This document shows, piece by piece, positions 33,401 through 46,070 of a DNA stretch of 64,000 nucleotides (its first letter is position 1; every line of letters begins with the position of its first letter). Location of the stretch: the NCBI RefSeq assembly GCF_033153115.1, contig NW_026889805.1:13640001-13704000 (forward strand). Direction: 5' to 3'. Source of the stretch: Saccostrea echinata. Its lineage: Eukaryota. The translations under genes were made by a program, and so were the position numbers. The notes under the pieces are model-generated. The model was not told the DNA's origin, made no database searches, and worked only from the letters and a program-made list of their open reading frames with translations.

Positions 33401-36400
33401 AGCAGAAGACTCGATCCTGTCCCCTAGTTCTGTTTTCCACAGCAGTTCTCCCGTTTCAGCCACCAGAGCATACATGTTGTGGGAGTGTGATCCAATGTAT
33501 ACCTCATGGAATCCAGAACTGTAGTAAAAGAGTATGTAATGTATTTATCTCACTGATTTAATTCCAGACAGGGTTAAAGTCCGTAAATGCATACATGTAG
33601 ATGCCTTAATTGGATGTACAGAAAGGTACATCATTCTAGAATTGTTGACATCCCCACAGAAGTAGATACCTGGATTTGACAACAAGAGGAGAAGCATCCA
33701 CACATTTTCCTGTGTTAAAACTCCATTTCTGTTTCAGCTTCACTTTTGTTCTGTCTCTTTCTGCAGAACTAATTCCTTGTTCTGGTGTATAAGACTTTCT
33801 AGATGCGTCTTTCTCAGTAGTGCTGTACACCTGCTCTGTTGAGTTTGGTTTACTGGTACTTGTCTTATTAGGTTTATTGTCAATAGTCGAGTTAGATTTG
33901 TTGTCAAAAGTCGAGTTAGATTTACTGTCAATAGTCAAGTTAGATTTACTGTCAGTAGTCAGGATAAGTTTACAGACAGTAGTCATACAAGTCTTACAGA
34001 AATACTGATTACCTCTCATCACACTACTATTGACACAACAACATGCCTTCCATAATCTACCAATGATGTCAATTTTTCTTTTCTTGTTCCCAGAAGTCAT
34101 ATCTTGATATAAAGGGTGGTTTTCTCCCTTGTTCGTGGACCGCTTTAACTTAAACAATTTTCTCTGTTTTTCTGTACAGTTTACTATATCAAGAAATGTA
34201 TCATGTAAAATAATGTCAACCAAATCAGGGGCAGATAATTCAAACTGATCTTCAATAGATCTAGCTAACATTACAGCAGATAAGGAGTCACCTCCACTCA
34301 ATAAGAAATTGCTGTCCTTTGTTAAATCACAACCTCTGAGTAGTTTCTAAAACAGAAAATCTCCATTGATGTATTGTTTGCATATAATGTACATGTACAT
34401 TGAACTAGCATGTTAAAGCTCAAACTACAGCTATTATATTTAACTGGTTTACCTTCCATTCTTCTCTTACAATGTCTTCAATGGTAGCTGAAGACTGATC
34501 ATCAAATTTATCCTGATTATTCAGACATTGGGACAACAAAGCATGGAAGTCACATTTACCTGTAAAATTTACACATGCAAATCTGTCATATTGTCAGTAG
34601 CAATGATTGTTATATTCCGTATCTTACAGTCTCAGTCTTACCATGTTTGGTGATTGGAATCTCCTGAACGGGAACAATATTGTCTGGAATATAATGCCTG
34701 GGCAGCATTCTCCCTAGAACTGACTGTAGCTGGTCCTTTATTCTCTGTGTTTTCTGATGTGGAACTACAAAAATAATCAGTCTTCCTTGATGGAACACTG
34801 CTTTACATTCAGAAACTGTTGAGTCTGCTAGTGCTACCTGAAATAAGTACAAATTGATTGCTAGTAACTTGTGTTGTCCTGTCAGGAGAATAAATAAACT
34901 TAAGGAAAGGCTGCTTCATTATAACTGACCTTCTCAATTTCCCTGAGGTTAAGTCGGCAGCCATTTCTCTTGATCTGTCTGCCTTGTCTGCCAACAAAAG
35001 TAATTCTGCCTCGGCAGTCAATTCTAACAATATCACCTGAATCTCGGAAGTCCTGGAGCTTATCAGAAATCACATCGTCTATTATACACTGTCTGCCAGG
35101 ACCCCCTTTGAAATAACAAATTTTATTTAGCCTCCTCCCTCAGTCATACAGAGAATATTCTTCAACCACATCTCCTCATTTTTTATATGTTTTAATGCTG
35201 ACTGTCCTTGATATAGTGAGTAAATATTCACAAGCTAGTTAGAAATGTATTCACTTGATATGAATTAGATAGTCTGACAGATGTACAATGCAGTAGATTA
35301 GTTTGTACCTAAATATAACTTTCCTGTTCCCTCTATTACCTCCACACCTTCTTCATTCAGAATTTTGTAACTGGACTGTGACAATGGTTTACCAAGGGGA
35401 ACTTCTTCATCACTATACCTAAACAAGAGTTATATACTCTAAAGATTTGAAAAAAATACCTCATCTACTTGCATCAATAGATTAGTATGTACAACATGTG
35501 AGATGTAATGATTATTTTTACCAGAATTCCTTTTCCTCCATACAGTGATATAATGACCAGCAGGAGACCTCTGTGATTCCATACAAATTGATAAACTGGG
35601 TCTGATTGCCTGGAGCTCTCCACTCACGAATCTTACTCAGGGGAGGGAACTCCTCTCCACCCAAGGCAAGTATTCTCAGACTTGATGTTGCACTCAAGAT
35701 GGAATTTCTCACATCAGCAGCAGGTTGCCTTTGTATCAAGGAGGGTGTTGCCTAAGTGACATAAATAAATACATTCTTTAACAATAATCATGATGATCTA
35801 AATTCAATGAAATGCTGTTATGGTCTAGGATATATAAATTCCAGTATTTGTATAATACTCTCATTAATCATGTACATGTAATATGCTACAATTCTTTATT
35901 GAATATATCTGCATTATCCCAAAATATAACCTGTATGACTGTGACTTTATTCCTCTTGAATATTACAGACAGTAATTTCTTGGACTGGGCCTTAACATGA
36001 TCTGGTACAATCAAAAGACTGGCCCCACTTGTTAAAGTCACAAAGATTTCTACAATGCTGGGGTCAAAAGTCAAAGGTGAACACAGAAAGACCATATCAT
36101 TGCTCTTCACTTCATAAATGTTCCTGAAAGTTGAGAATTATTTGCATTTAATTACAACTTATGATTACCTAGGTTTTTAGTACTTGTCAAAGAGTCTAAT
36201 CCCACACTGACAATAAAATATGTGCAATATTGAAAAATATAAGTTCAAAACTTGTTTACAGATTTTCAAAAACTGGAAAAAAAATTAAAAACAAACAAGT
36301 GTATGCACTTCCAAGAGTTTGTATTAGAATCAATAAGCAAAAACAGTGTGCTTCTAGTGCACAAGCAGTAATTATTTGTAGGAACAAGATCCTATACAGC

Positions 36401-38338
36401 AGGGTGGGGATTACCCTGTAAGCTGTTTACCTGATATCTGTGATATTTGGTATAATACAGCTGTGTGGCACTTGCACTAGCTTGGGCTGGCCTGTAGAAC
36501 CAGATGTTCTTATACAATAAGCAATGTTAGGAATTCCTTCTTGTTTCTCATTTCTTTGTTGAATTTTGAGGAGAACTAATCCTAGAGATGATAAAAATGA
36601 GTTTGTAGCCACCTCTCCATCAAACCTCTGTATCAGACTCTCTATGACCTGTAGTTACCAAATGCATGTAATTATACTGACTGCTTTGACATTGTATCTG
36701 TGACAATAACATTTCATATTCTACACTCACCTGTGTATAATCATTCTGAACAAGGACTATACTGACATTCATCCTGTTGAATAATGATGTGGTACCATCT
36801 ACACCATACTTGTCAAGATTAAAGAAAGCATAACCACTTTGGACTATTCTGAATAAACAGATTTACGAAATTATCCTCAGTTTTTTATTTTACTGATAAT
36901 AAATGCAAACTACTCATGACAAAAAAAATCTTAAAAGAAATATGATAATAAGTACAATTCTGCATATTAATCAAGCATATTGTTGAGGAAGAGTTCCAAC
37001 ATTCCGAAAAAGTCAACATAACTACGGAGGAAAGTAACTACATCTCCTGGTGATATTTAATAGCTGATTGAGAATAAAAAATAAGCAAATTAACATTTCT
37101 TGGTAGACTGTGCATTTTAATAGCTACACATGGACATACCAGGGTATATACATTTGTCTCCTTCCAAAGGTGCTTAATACAATTCTTCTATTTCACTGAA
37201 TGAGTGTATATAACTCTGCCATAGTGTCATATGACAGTGCACGATGCATGAAACAGAATGTCAGACACTTTGGCCCTATGACACCTTGGCCCATGGACAT
37301 TTAGGACTAATTACATCTTGGCCTAGACAAGTCAGCCCAGGTTTAAGACAGGTCTATCCATATGTACATGTAAGATACATTGGCCAAAGCAAAATTTCAT
37401 TATTGTACATTTCCAATTTGCATTTCGAATGAAATATTGATTAAAGAATAAGTATAAACTGAATGAATGATCCAAGTTTTAATTAATTATAAGACCTTCC
37501 ATGAGTAAACTAATGATAATCAAGGAAAGAGAAGACAATTAAAGTGCTTATTTGATAAACAAACAAAACAAACACAATGCTGTGGTGCATCCTTTGGAGT
37601 ATAAAGTGTGTGTCATTGGTGACAATGAGGGGTAATTAAGAGCATGCATCATTGTGAGACATTAATTAACAATAAGTCCCTTTATATCTTTTCAGGAATT
37701 ATCATCCAATCTCATATGTTTGAGGTTGTCAGGGAAACAACTCAAAATGACCATTCTTGTTTTTAAAAATAATTAATTAAAAAACAGGCATTGTTAATAC
37801 ATACACACAAAGAAATGTATTCAGATATTAGTATATAATATATATTCTTCAAAGTTAATATGTTCATCTGTAAAAACTTGTTTTCAGGCATAAGTTAAAA
37901 ATTACCTTTAAAATATTTATTTTATAATGAAATATTATGTGACGGGTGTAGGTGATGTTGGGCCGACATGTCCGTCAACCAATGTAATTTACCATAAAGA
38001 CTTACCCAAAGAGGATGGCAGGCGTAAAGAGGTCAGTTTTCCTACATACAGCAATTACTGAGTTATGAACCATTTCCATGTATAAAGCATCAGATACCTG
38101 AAAAGAGTGTTTCCAAATGTAAAATTGTCAAGCAAATATTTCAAGATAATTTTTATTTTTTTGGCTGTGTCACAAGATAAATTAATTGACTAATGAAGCT
38201 TTTTCTGACTTTTTTTGCAAAGCTGTATAACTTCCTGTATGTTTGATATTGCTTTGAATGATCGTCATCGTATATTACAGCTACTAGATCCAGCCACTCT
38301 GTCCTCTTCCTTTCCAATAGTTCTATTAGAGTTGACAT
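30463..38338 (-). CDS. AASDH: Beta-alanine-activating enzyme / acyl-CoA synthetase family member 4 (adenylation domain, phosphopantetheine carrier, PQQ-type beta-propeller), ~1114 aa, 16 exons
   Basis: Exons 38210-38338, 38006-38097, 36731-36848, 36431-36648, 35931-36123, 35522-35751, 35309-35418, 34930-35105, 34642-34837, 34453-34559, 33670-34346, 33367-33518, 32944-33107, 32368-32493, 32027-32158, 30463-30987 join in frame (3345 nt). Motifs: AYCIRTSGSTGQPK, PLTFDPS, LALGGE, NLYGITE, PITKHGK, carrier GGDSL, TGKCVDASP, repeated FSSP / GCxDG PQQ repeats. Confidence 0.94.
31199..31647. mobile_element. hAT-type MITE in the last AASDH intron
   Basis: Termini TAGGGCTGTG...CACAGCCCTA; exact 8-bp TSD ATGCTAAC. 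Confidence 0.88.
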
Positions 38339-38399
38339 TAGGGAATAAACTTCGTCAGGAGAATATGAGAAAAGCAAATAAATAACCTAGCTGGCAAAA

Positions 38400-38900
38400 A
38401 ATAGGATTTTTAACATGAGTATGAAAAAATAAATTAATAATTCTTCTAATGCCAAATGTTAATATTCATATTGTCTAGACTATTATCAGCTATTATATTG
38501 ACATAATATTGACACTTCGCGTACAAGTTATCAAAGCCAAACAAAAAAAATTGGAATGTTGATCCCGATTTTAAAAACAAGGAAAGTCAATAAAATGCTT
38601 GTTATAACGACTTTGAATTAATACAGAGAATGAGTGATCAAAAAAAGTTTAGAAATATATTGATAGCGTGTAGTATCAATTTGATGTGCTGAAAATCGCA
38701 TGAACGCAGAGTGGAATTCAAAATTATCAATGTACGTCTTGTCAATTACTTTTCAACTCCATTTCCGGTTTTCTTTAAATACCTCTAGCTCTGAGAAATA
38801 CACTGATTTTTGGCAGAACCTAGAGAAATATGTTGTTATATTCGTGAAGAATTAGTAATATTGAAAGGTTTGTTATATGTAAATAAACATTTCAATTTTA
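38400..38900. promoter_or_regulatory. Probable bidirectional promoter AASDH / ANAPC10
   Basis: Head-to-head genes, locally more CpG, ETS-like TTCCGG at ~38763. The ANAPC10 ATG is immediately preceded by an acceptor (TTTTCAG, ~40959), implying an upstream non-coding exon. Confidence 0.45.
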
Positions 38901-39421
38901 AACTCCAGTAAATGCAACTATTTTCACTTCGTATAATATTGTATCGAGGAAATTCGGTTTCATAAAGTTGATGAGAGTTCTTGAATAAATGAAAAAAGTC
39001 CTGAAAACAGGTTCCAAATTGCTTGATAGTTTCAACAGCTAATAAAATTATATCTTGATGTGTACTTATTTCAACACACTGATTTATGAAACCTGAGCAA
39101 GAAGTTACTATAAATTGTTATAATAGAAGAGCATGCAATTAATTTTTTAAAATGTTCAGTTTATAAAATAAGAGGTAGAATCTAAATAAATATGCCGTAA
39201 TTATAACCCGTTTTATGCAAATATACTTTTGTAAAGTAACAGGTAACTACTTGAATTCTAGTCAAATAATGTGCTTCTCAGGATAGGCCCTTACTTTATT
39301 CCAAGACGGTATTACTCCAATTCATTTTGTATACCCAAGTCCATTACATGTGTGTTTTGAAGAGTAAATAGGTGTGATAAATTTGCTTTGTTAAAAATTA
39401 TTACCAGTTAATTTAATTCCA

Positions 39422-39422
<1 letters not shown>

Positions 39423-39452
<30 letters not shown>

Positions 39453-39499
39453 CGAGCTTTTCTGGTCACATTTTGTCCGTCTGTCTGTAAACTTTTCAC

Positions 39500-39532
<33 letters not shown>

Positions 39533-40480
39533 TTTCAACCAAACTTGCCACAAAGTATCCTTGGGTTGAGGGGGTTCAAATTTGTTCAAATGAAGGGAGA
39601 TAATTACAAATTAGTGAAAAATTAATAGCATCTTTTAAAAATCTTCTTCTCAAGAACCACTGGGCCAGGAAAGATGAAACTCATGTGGAATCATCCTCAG
39701 ATAGTGTAGATACAAGTTTATTCAAATCATGACTAACAGGGGTAGGGTGGGGTCACAATGGGGGATCAAAGTTTTACATAGGAATATATAGGAAAATTTT
39801 TTAAAAATCTTCTTCTCAAGAACAGCAAAGCGATGATGAGTCATATTGATATGACAGCATTTTCAGAAAGTGTAGATTCAACTTTTGTTCGAATCATGAT
39901 CCCCTGGGTTAGGGTGGGGCCACAATGGGGAATCAAATTTTTACATAGGAATATACAGGAAAAAAACTTTTAAAATCTTCTTCTCAAGAACAGCAAAGCC
40001 ATGTTTTGTCATATTGATATGGAAGCATCCTCATGTAGTGTAGAATTAAATTTGTTCAAATCATGACCCCTGGGGGTAGGGTGGGGCCACAATGGGGAAT
40101 CATAGTTTTACATAGAAATATATATATAGGAAAAAACTTGAAAAATCTTCTTTTCAAGAACAGCAAAGCCATGATTAGTCTTATTGCTATGGAAGCATTC
40201 TCAGGTAGTGTAGATTCAAATTTGTTCAAATCATGAACCCCAGGGGTAGAGCTGGCCATAATGGGGTATCAAAAGTTTTACATAGGAATATATAAGGAAA
40301 AAAACTTTTAAAATCTTCTTTTCAAGAACAGCAAAGCCATGTTTTGTCATATTGAAATGGTCAAGCATCTTCAAGTAGTGTAAATTCAAGTTTGTTCAAA
40401 TCATAACCCCCAGGGTTAGGGTGGGGCCACAATGGGGGATCAAAGTTTTACATTGGAAAATATAGGAAAAAATCTGTTTA
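39423..40480 (+). mobile_element. Helentron-like element (family A) with ~166-170-bp satellite array, upstream of the ANAPC10 start codon (probably in its 5' UTR intron)
   Basis: TTTTTAGCTCACCTGAGCCGAAGGCTCAAG head, GTCCGTCTGTCTG tract, five units starting AAAATCTTCTT(C/T)TCAAGAAC. Confidence 0.82.
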
Positions 40481-40963
40481 GCAAGAACTTAATTGCAGCT
40501 GTAATAAAAAAAGGTGAAGATAAGGAACAGTGATCAATCTCAAAAGTTCTACAGACAGTACAAATCTGTGAACAGGGCATAAAACGCGGACCCCTGGAAA
40601 TTCCAGAGGTCTGATCAGGTGCCTAGCAAGAGTGAGCATCATCTGCTCACTGGTATGTCACGCCCACAGCCCCAAGTATTGATCAGATAGACGTAACATT
40701 TAGTATACCAACAAAAGCCTTACAGAGTATGAAACGTGTCAGCCAAAATATGACCCAATGATAGGTTATATTTGTTAACAAGGTCATTATAATGACCATA
40801 GAATTTACAAAATGCTGACTTTATGAGGTTGTTGAAATCCCAGGGACCCTGTAACATCATATCTTTTCAAGTATTTTGAGGTGAACTGCATAGTTTTTTA
40901 ATAACCTATACATGTATTTATTGCTTCAGATGAATTAATGACTGAAAATTTATTTTCAGTATC

Positions 40964-43126
40964 ATGGCCACCAAGGTTGTAGCAAATCCAGAGGTGGATA
41001 TTTTGAAAGATGAACGAGAGGGTAGACTTCGTGAGGTTGGAAATCAGGCTGTGTGGTCATTGTCTTCTTGTAAACCAGGTAGGCATGAGAAAAATAATTA
41101 GAGGTATTTACATGTATATTCAGTCAAATACATGTATTATACATGTATAACAAAGTTTAAGAAGTTGGTACTGGAAGGTATTGTTTGAAGATTAAAAGTT
41201 TTCAATGTTGGTATATGTGATTTTATGGTAAAGAGGAAATAATATTAATTTCAAGAATTGAATGGTTGCGGTCACCAACAAGCAAAAAATAGACTAAAAT
41301 TAAATATCTGTAAATATGTATAATAACACAATCATAATTGGCCCTAGGTTTTGGGGTAGAGCAGCTACTGGATAATACAGTGGATGCTTACTGGCAGTCA
41401 GATGGACCTCAACCACATCTCGTCAATATCCAGTTCAGAAGGAAGACCACCATCCACGATGTGTGTATCTACACTGATTATAAAGCTGACGAGAGCTACA
41501 CACCTAATAGGTATCAAAAACTGAACACCTCAGATACATTCCTTATAGTTATTTAAACTGAACACCTGAGCTATATTCCTTATATATATTTTTTTAAACT
41601 GAACACCTCAGACACACACCTAATAGGTATCAAAACTGAACACCTGATCAATATTACTGTTACACACATTACAGATATCACAGCTCAGTATCAAAATTAC
41701 ACACCTAAAAGGTAATAAAACACCAGCTTCACATACAATAGGTATCAAAACTACACACCTGATCAACACTATCTAACTTACGTCATAGATATTACAGCTT
41801 TACTCAGAATAGATAAGGAACTTCAAACCTCATAGATGTCAACACACCTAATAGATATCAAAATTACACACCACTTGAATATCACAACTACACACCTCAG
41901 AGATATCAAACCTACAAATCTTAAAGATATCAAAACTACACATCTCAAAGATACCATAACTACACGTCTCATAGATATCAGAGCTTCACACCTTACAGAT
42001 ATCACAGCTTCACACCTTACAGATATCACAGCTACACACCTTAAAGACATCACAGCTACACACCTCATAGATATCACAGCTACACACCTCATAGATATCA
42101 CAGCTACACACCTATTAGATATCACAACTACACACCTATTAGATATCACAGCTACACACCTCATAAATATCACAGCTACACACCTCATAGATATCACAGC
42201 TACACACCTCATAGATATCACAGCTACACACCTCATAGATATCACAGCTACACACCTCATAGATATCACAGCTACACACCTATTAGATATCACAACTACA
42301 CACCTATTAGATATCACAGCTACACACCTCATAGATATCACAGCTACACACCTCATAGATATCACAGCTTCACACCTCATAGATATCACAGCTACACACC
42401 TCATAGATATCAAAAATACTTACCTCAGAGATATCAAAATTGCACACCAAACATGTATCACCATCGTATTTCAGATAATATTGATATGCTTTACAGTGTG
42501 GTTGTCAATGACTATTTATGAACAGGTAATTAGGTTAATTATACCAATGTACTAAGTACATACCTTGTATAAGCAACAGAATTGCTAAATTTTGACTATC
42601 TTTGAAAGAGCTGTATTAGCAAATCTAGATGTCTTACTGGTAGACTATACAAACATCAAATCCACATAAATGATTTATACACTATTATATAATCTGTGCA
42701 AGTGTTTTAATGAAAACATTCAAGAAAGTTGCAACTTTGATCTTGAATATGTCTTTTACAGGTAAACTTTTTTCTGGATTTTTTTTTCATTTACATAATT
42801 CATCATGGAAATTTTTTTCTGTTATCTGGTTTTTATACATTTTCAGGATTTCTCTGCGTGCTGGTACACACTTTAATGACCTCATTGAGGTAGATCAAAT
42901 AGAACTAAGTGAACCAGTGGGCTGGGTATGTGTCCCAATGAAAGACATCAATGATAAACCTATCCGGACATTCATGGTTCAGATAGCTGTACTTTCAAAT
43001 CATCAAAATGGACGAGATACACACCTTCGTAGAATTAAAATTCGATCACCAGTACAGGACACTTATGTTGTTAAAACACCAAAGTTCACCAGTCTAGAAC
43101 TAATGCAGCTGGCCTATATAAAGTGA
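40964..43126 (+). CDS. ANAPC10: Anaphase-promoting complex subunit 10 (DOC1), 185 aa, 3 coding exons
   Basis: Exons 40964-41078, 41348-41510, 42847-43126 (558 nt). Motifs: REVGNQAVWSLSSCKPGFGV, YWQSDGPQPHLVNIQFRRKT, DESYTP, QIAVLSNHQNGRDTH. Confidence 0.97.
41830..42440. repeat. 24-bp minisatellite (ATAGATATCACAGCTACACACCTC) in ANAPC10 intron 2
   Basis: About 25 units, homogeneous core ~41990-42410, degenerate edges. Confidence 0.95.
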
Positions 43127-43584
43127 GGGTGTGATGGAACAATATGATGTAATACACATGTTGCTGAACATCATGACATGAATCCTACATAGAGATAAAA
43201 ACTGAGTCTCCAAGAGCTTGTGAAATTCACTTACTGGCCCAACACAATTCAGAATTTTTTTATGGGGAAAACAGTTTTGAATTTGTTTTAACGAATGAAA
43301 AAGCATTTTGTTTATTGCATGCATAGACAAAGTTTTCCAAGAGTGATCAACTAATGCATGTTCAACGTATATTGGAAAACAAAGCTTTATAACTTGCATG
43401 TACATGAAGCTATCCATATATTTTCAGCTTTAAAAAGTTCACAAGTCTGACAGGTACATGTGCATAGGCAATATTTACAATAACAAGTTAAAAAAGACTT
43501 ACATAAATTTTACCCATTTAATTTAAAACCAACCAGCAGAAAATAAATTCATGTTCAAGCATTCCAGTCTCCAGTTCATTTTAC

Positions 43585-46070
43585 TCATTTTTTAAAATAT
43601 GGCTGCAGGACCGCCTTGATGCCCTCTGAGAATGGTGTTCTTCTCCCAGAGACGAAAGCTTCCATTTTCTTACAGGATAGATGTGTGTTGTAAGGGCGGG
43701 GTGCCCCCTTGGAGGGGCTTCTATCAGGTTTTATGTTCTCTGTACTCAATGAGAAGGCTGAGGCCATGGCAATAGACATATCATATTTAGTCATTTCCTC
43801 TTTAGATGACCAGTGAAACACACCACAAACTTTCTCAGGATCCTGGAATAAAAAGGTATAATTTGTTAATGAAATGATACTGTGTTAAAGACTAAAATCA
43901 ATGAAACTTGAGTAGTGTCAGAGCAGAAAAAATTGGCATTGATAAGTTCATGAGCTAACCTGTAGCCTTTTGTCTGCTAGCTGTCTAATGGCATCAGCTA
44001 TATCACCGCAGTGGGTGGGGTATCTCTTTTCATAATCAGATGCTATTAATTCAGATCCTGTCATAATCTTCTCAAACAGCACCGTGACGGCACTCTCGGA
44101 GAGGTATTCAATATCTCCATATAGGATGGGTACTCGCAGTACAGAGTTATCTGTTTTGAAAATCAACCAAGTATTTCCAGTTTAAATCTTTTAGAGATTT
44201 GCTAGAAATACAAACAGCTTATACAAACAAGCTTGCTAGAAATATAAACAGATTTTATTTTGGTAAAATATATACTGTAAAATCACATTTTCGTGGGGTA
44301 ATATTTTCTAGGTTTGAGGAAAAAATATTGGTTTGTGGGGATTTGATTTCTTGACTGGAAAATGTTTAGTAGTAATGCATATGAAGTATAAAATTTTGTG
44401 GTGTTCGTAAATTCGTGGGTCTCACCATACCTCGGAAAACAACGAAAATTAAACCCCCAGGAAAATTAGTGATTTCACAGCACATTAAATTTTCAATTTC
44501 AAATAGTGCCATGTTTATCAATGATCCTCATCTGACATGTAAAGTTCTGAAATTTTTTTGAAAAAACTTTTGATTTTTAGTGGAAAATGTTTTCTTGCTT
44601 ATCTGTTTATTGTAATGTCATGAATGGCATCATTATTCCCATTGCAAGTAAATTTCTTCTGAAATGGTCTATATATTTTAAGCTGTTTTTCTATTTTTGG
44701 ATTTTTGAATATAGCACAACCTCTGATCCAAAATCCACAAGTAATATTGAAAGAACTGAAAATACAGTTTTTAATATACATTTTAAGTTGTGCTCAAATT
44801 CAAATTTTTGTTTTAATTATGTACTGAAGTACATCTTTTTTTGTTTTTTAATATTGCTTTATCAGTATCATACTGGAAAAAAACTGTCTTCAGCTTTACT
44901 GTGGATAGGTTTTTAATTTTATTAACAAATAATTACCTGAAGATGCTTCTAGTGTAATTTTTTCTCCATCTAGTTTACTCTGTCCATACTTGTTGAGGGG
45001 GTTAGGTTTAGCATCTTCTTCGTAAGGAGGGGAAGTCCCATCAAATACATAGTCAGTGCTAATGTACAGGACCCAGGCACCAATGGCCTCTAAAATGCAA
45101 TACATGTAAAGTTGTAACCAGAAAGAAGAAAAATGTGACTGATCAGACCAAGATTTGAACCTTGGCCCCCTGAATCACTAGTCAGGTGTTCTAACAACTG
45201 TGTTATCTGTCTAGTGATTCAGGGGGCCTGGGTTCAAATCCTGGTCTGTTCTATGGCATTTTTCTCCTCAACAGTTATATTTTGTGCTGTCACATTCCCT
45301 GAAAGTGTCAAATAAAAGACCTGCAAGAGAGGGGTCTGGGTTAGTGAGGAATGTGAAGATCGGGCAGTTGGCAGATAGTTCAAAGGTTGTAGGTTTAAAT
45401 TCTGGTCTAATCCATCACATTTTTCTCCTTAATACAGAGTATTACATGTACATGTGTAAGTTACCATGCATTTGAGCACATTATTTATCATCAATTACAA
45501 GATCTGTGGAATTACATGTAATTTGTTGGAAACTTCCTACTATATACATTTATTAGATTATATAAAAATATATAACTTATTAAGTTGACATTTTGTTTCA
45601 AACTGAATGACTTAATAATGATAGAATTACCTGTATACATACTGTACAAGTATATAACTCCCCTTATTCTTACTTGCAGCCTGACAGATGTATTCTGTGG
45701 CAGACAGATTAAGTTTCTTGGTGCCATCAGGGTCATTTTCCACTGCATCAGGTTTTCTCTCTGCAGCGCTGTGGATTATAACTGATGGCTGTTTTAAAAA
45801 TCACATTATATAAATTATTTGAATAGGCTTTTATATTACAACACGTGTAAATAAATATTTCTTACATAAATCAGCATAAAAGCTCACTTTAAAAGAGTTG
45901 ATGACTTCTTTCACTTGGTTTTCATCGGTTATATCCACTTTCTTTAATTTGTCTTTTGCACGACTGAAAGCGAGTCCCAGTGTCTCCCAGGAATTATCAT
46001 TCAGGAACTCCTTGTAGATGGATCTTCCAAAGAGCCCCGAAGCACCCGTAACAAGGACCCGCTTCGTCAT
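43585..46070 (-). CDS. MAT2B: Methionine adenosyltransferase 2 subunit beta (RmlD-like SDR fold), ~299 aa, 5 exons
   Basis: Exons 45888-46070, 45674-45788, 44937-45089, 43960-44150, 43585-43842 (900 nt). Motifs: [63 protein letters not shown]. Confidence 0.93.
45113..45436. mobile_element. Rearranged copy of the tRNA-LTR miniature element in MAT2B intron 2 (inverted LTR, partial LTR, PBS-like, internal region, degenerate LTR)
   Basis: 45113-45209 is the reverse complement of the LTR 3' part. 45211-45279 is the direct LTR 3' part ending GTTATA, followed by TTTGTGCTGTCAC, the purine run AGTGAGGAA, then TGTG...GGTTTAAATTCTGG...TTTTCTCCTTAATACA. Confidence 0.6.

Noticed and set aside
30463-38338. 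Horizontally acquired bacterial NRPS
   Set aside because: The A-T-PQQ architecture with 15 spliceosomal introns is the standard metazoan AASDH.
40505-40860. Probable interspersed repeat fragment upstream of ANAPC10
   Set aside because: It looks like a retroposon-derived repeat, but I could not define ends, a TSD or a second copy in the window.
41823-42555. Long ORFs on both strands (IDITATHL / ISMRCVAV repeats)
   Set aside because: By-product of a stop-free 24-bp minisatellite within ANAPC10 intron 2; the ANAPC10 CDS is complete without it.
43585-46070. Bacterial dTDP-4-dehydrorhamnose reductase (RmlD)
   Set aside because: Intron-containing, with the motifs expected for the conserved animal MAT2B, which has this fold.
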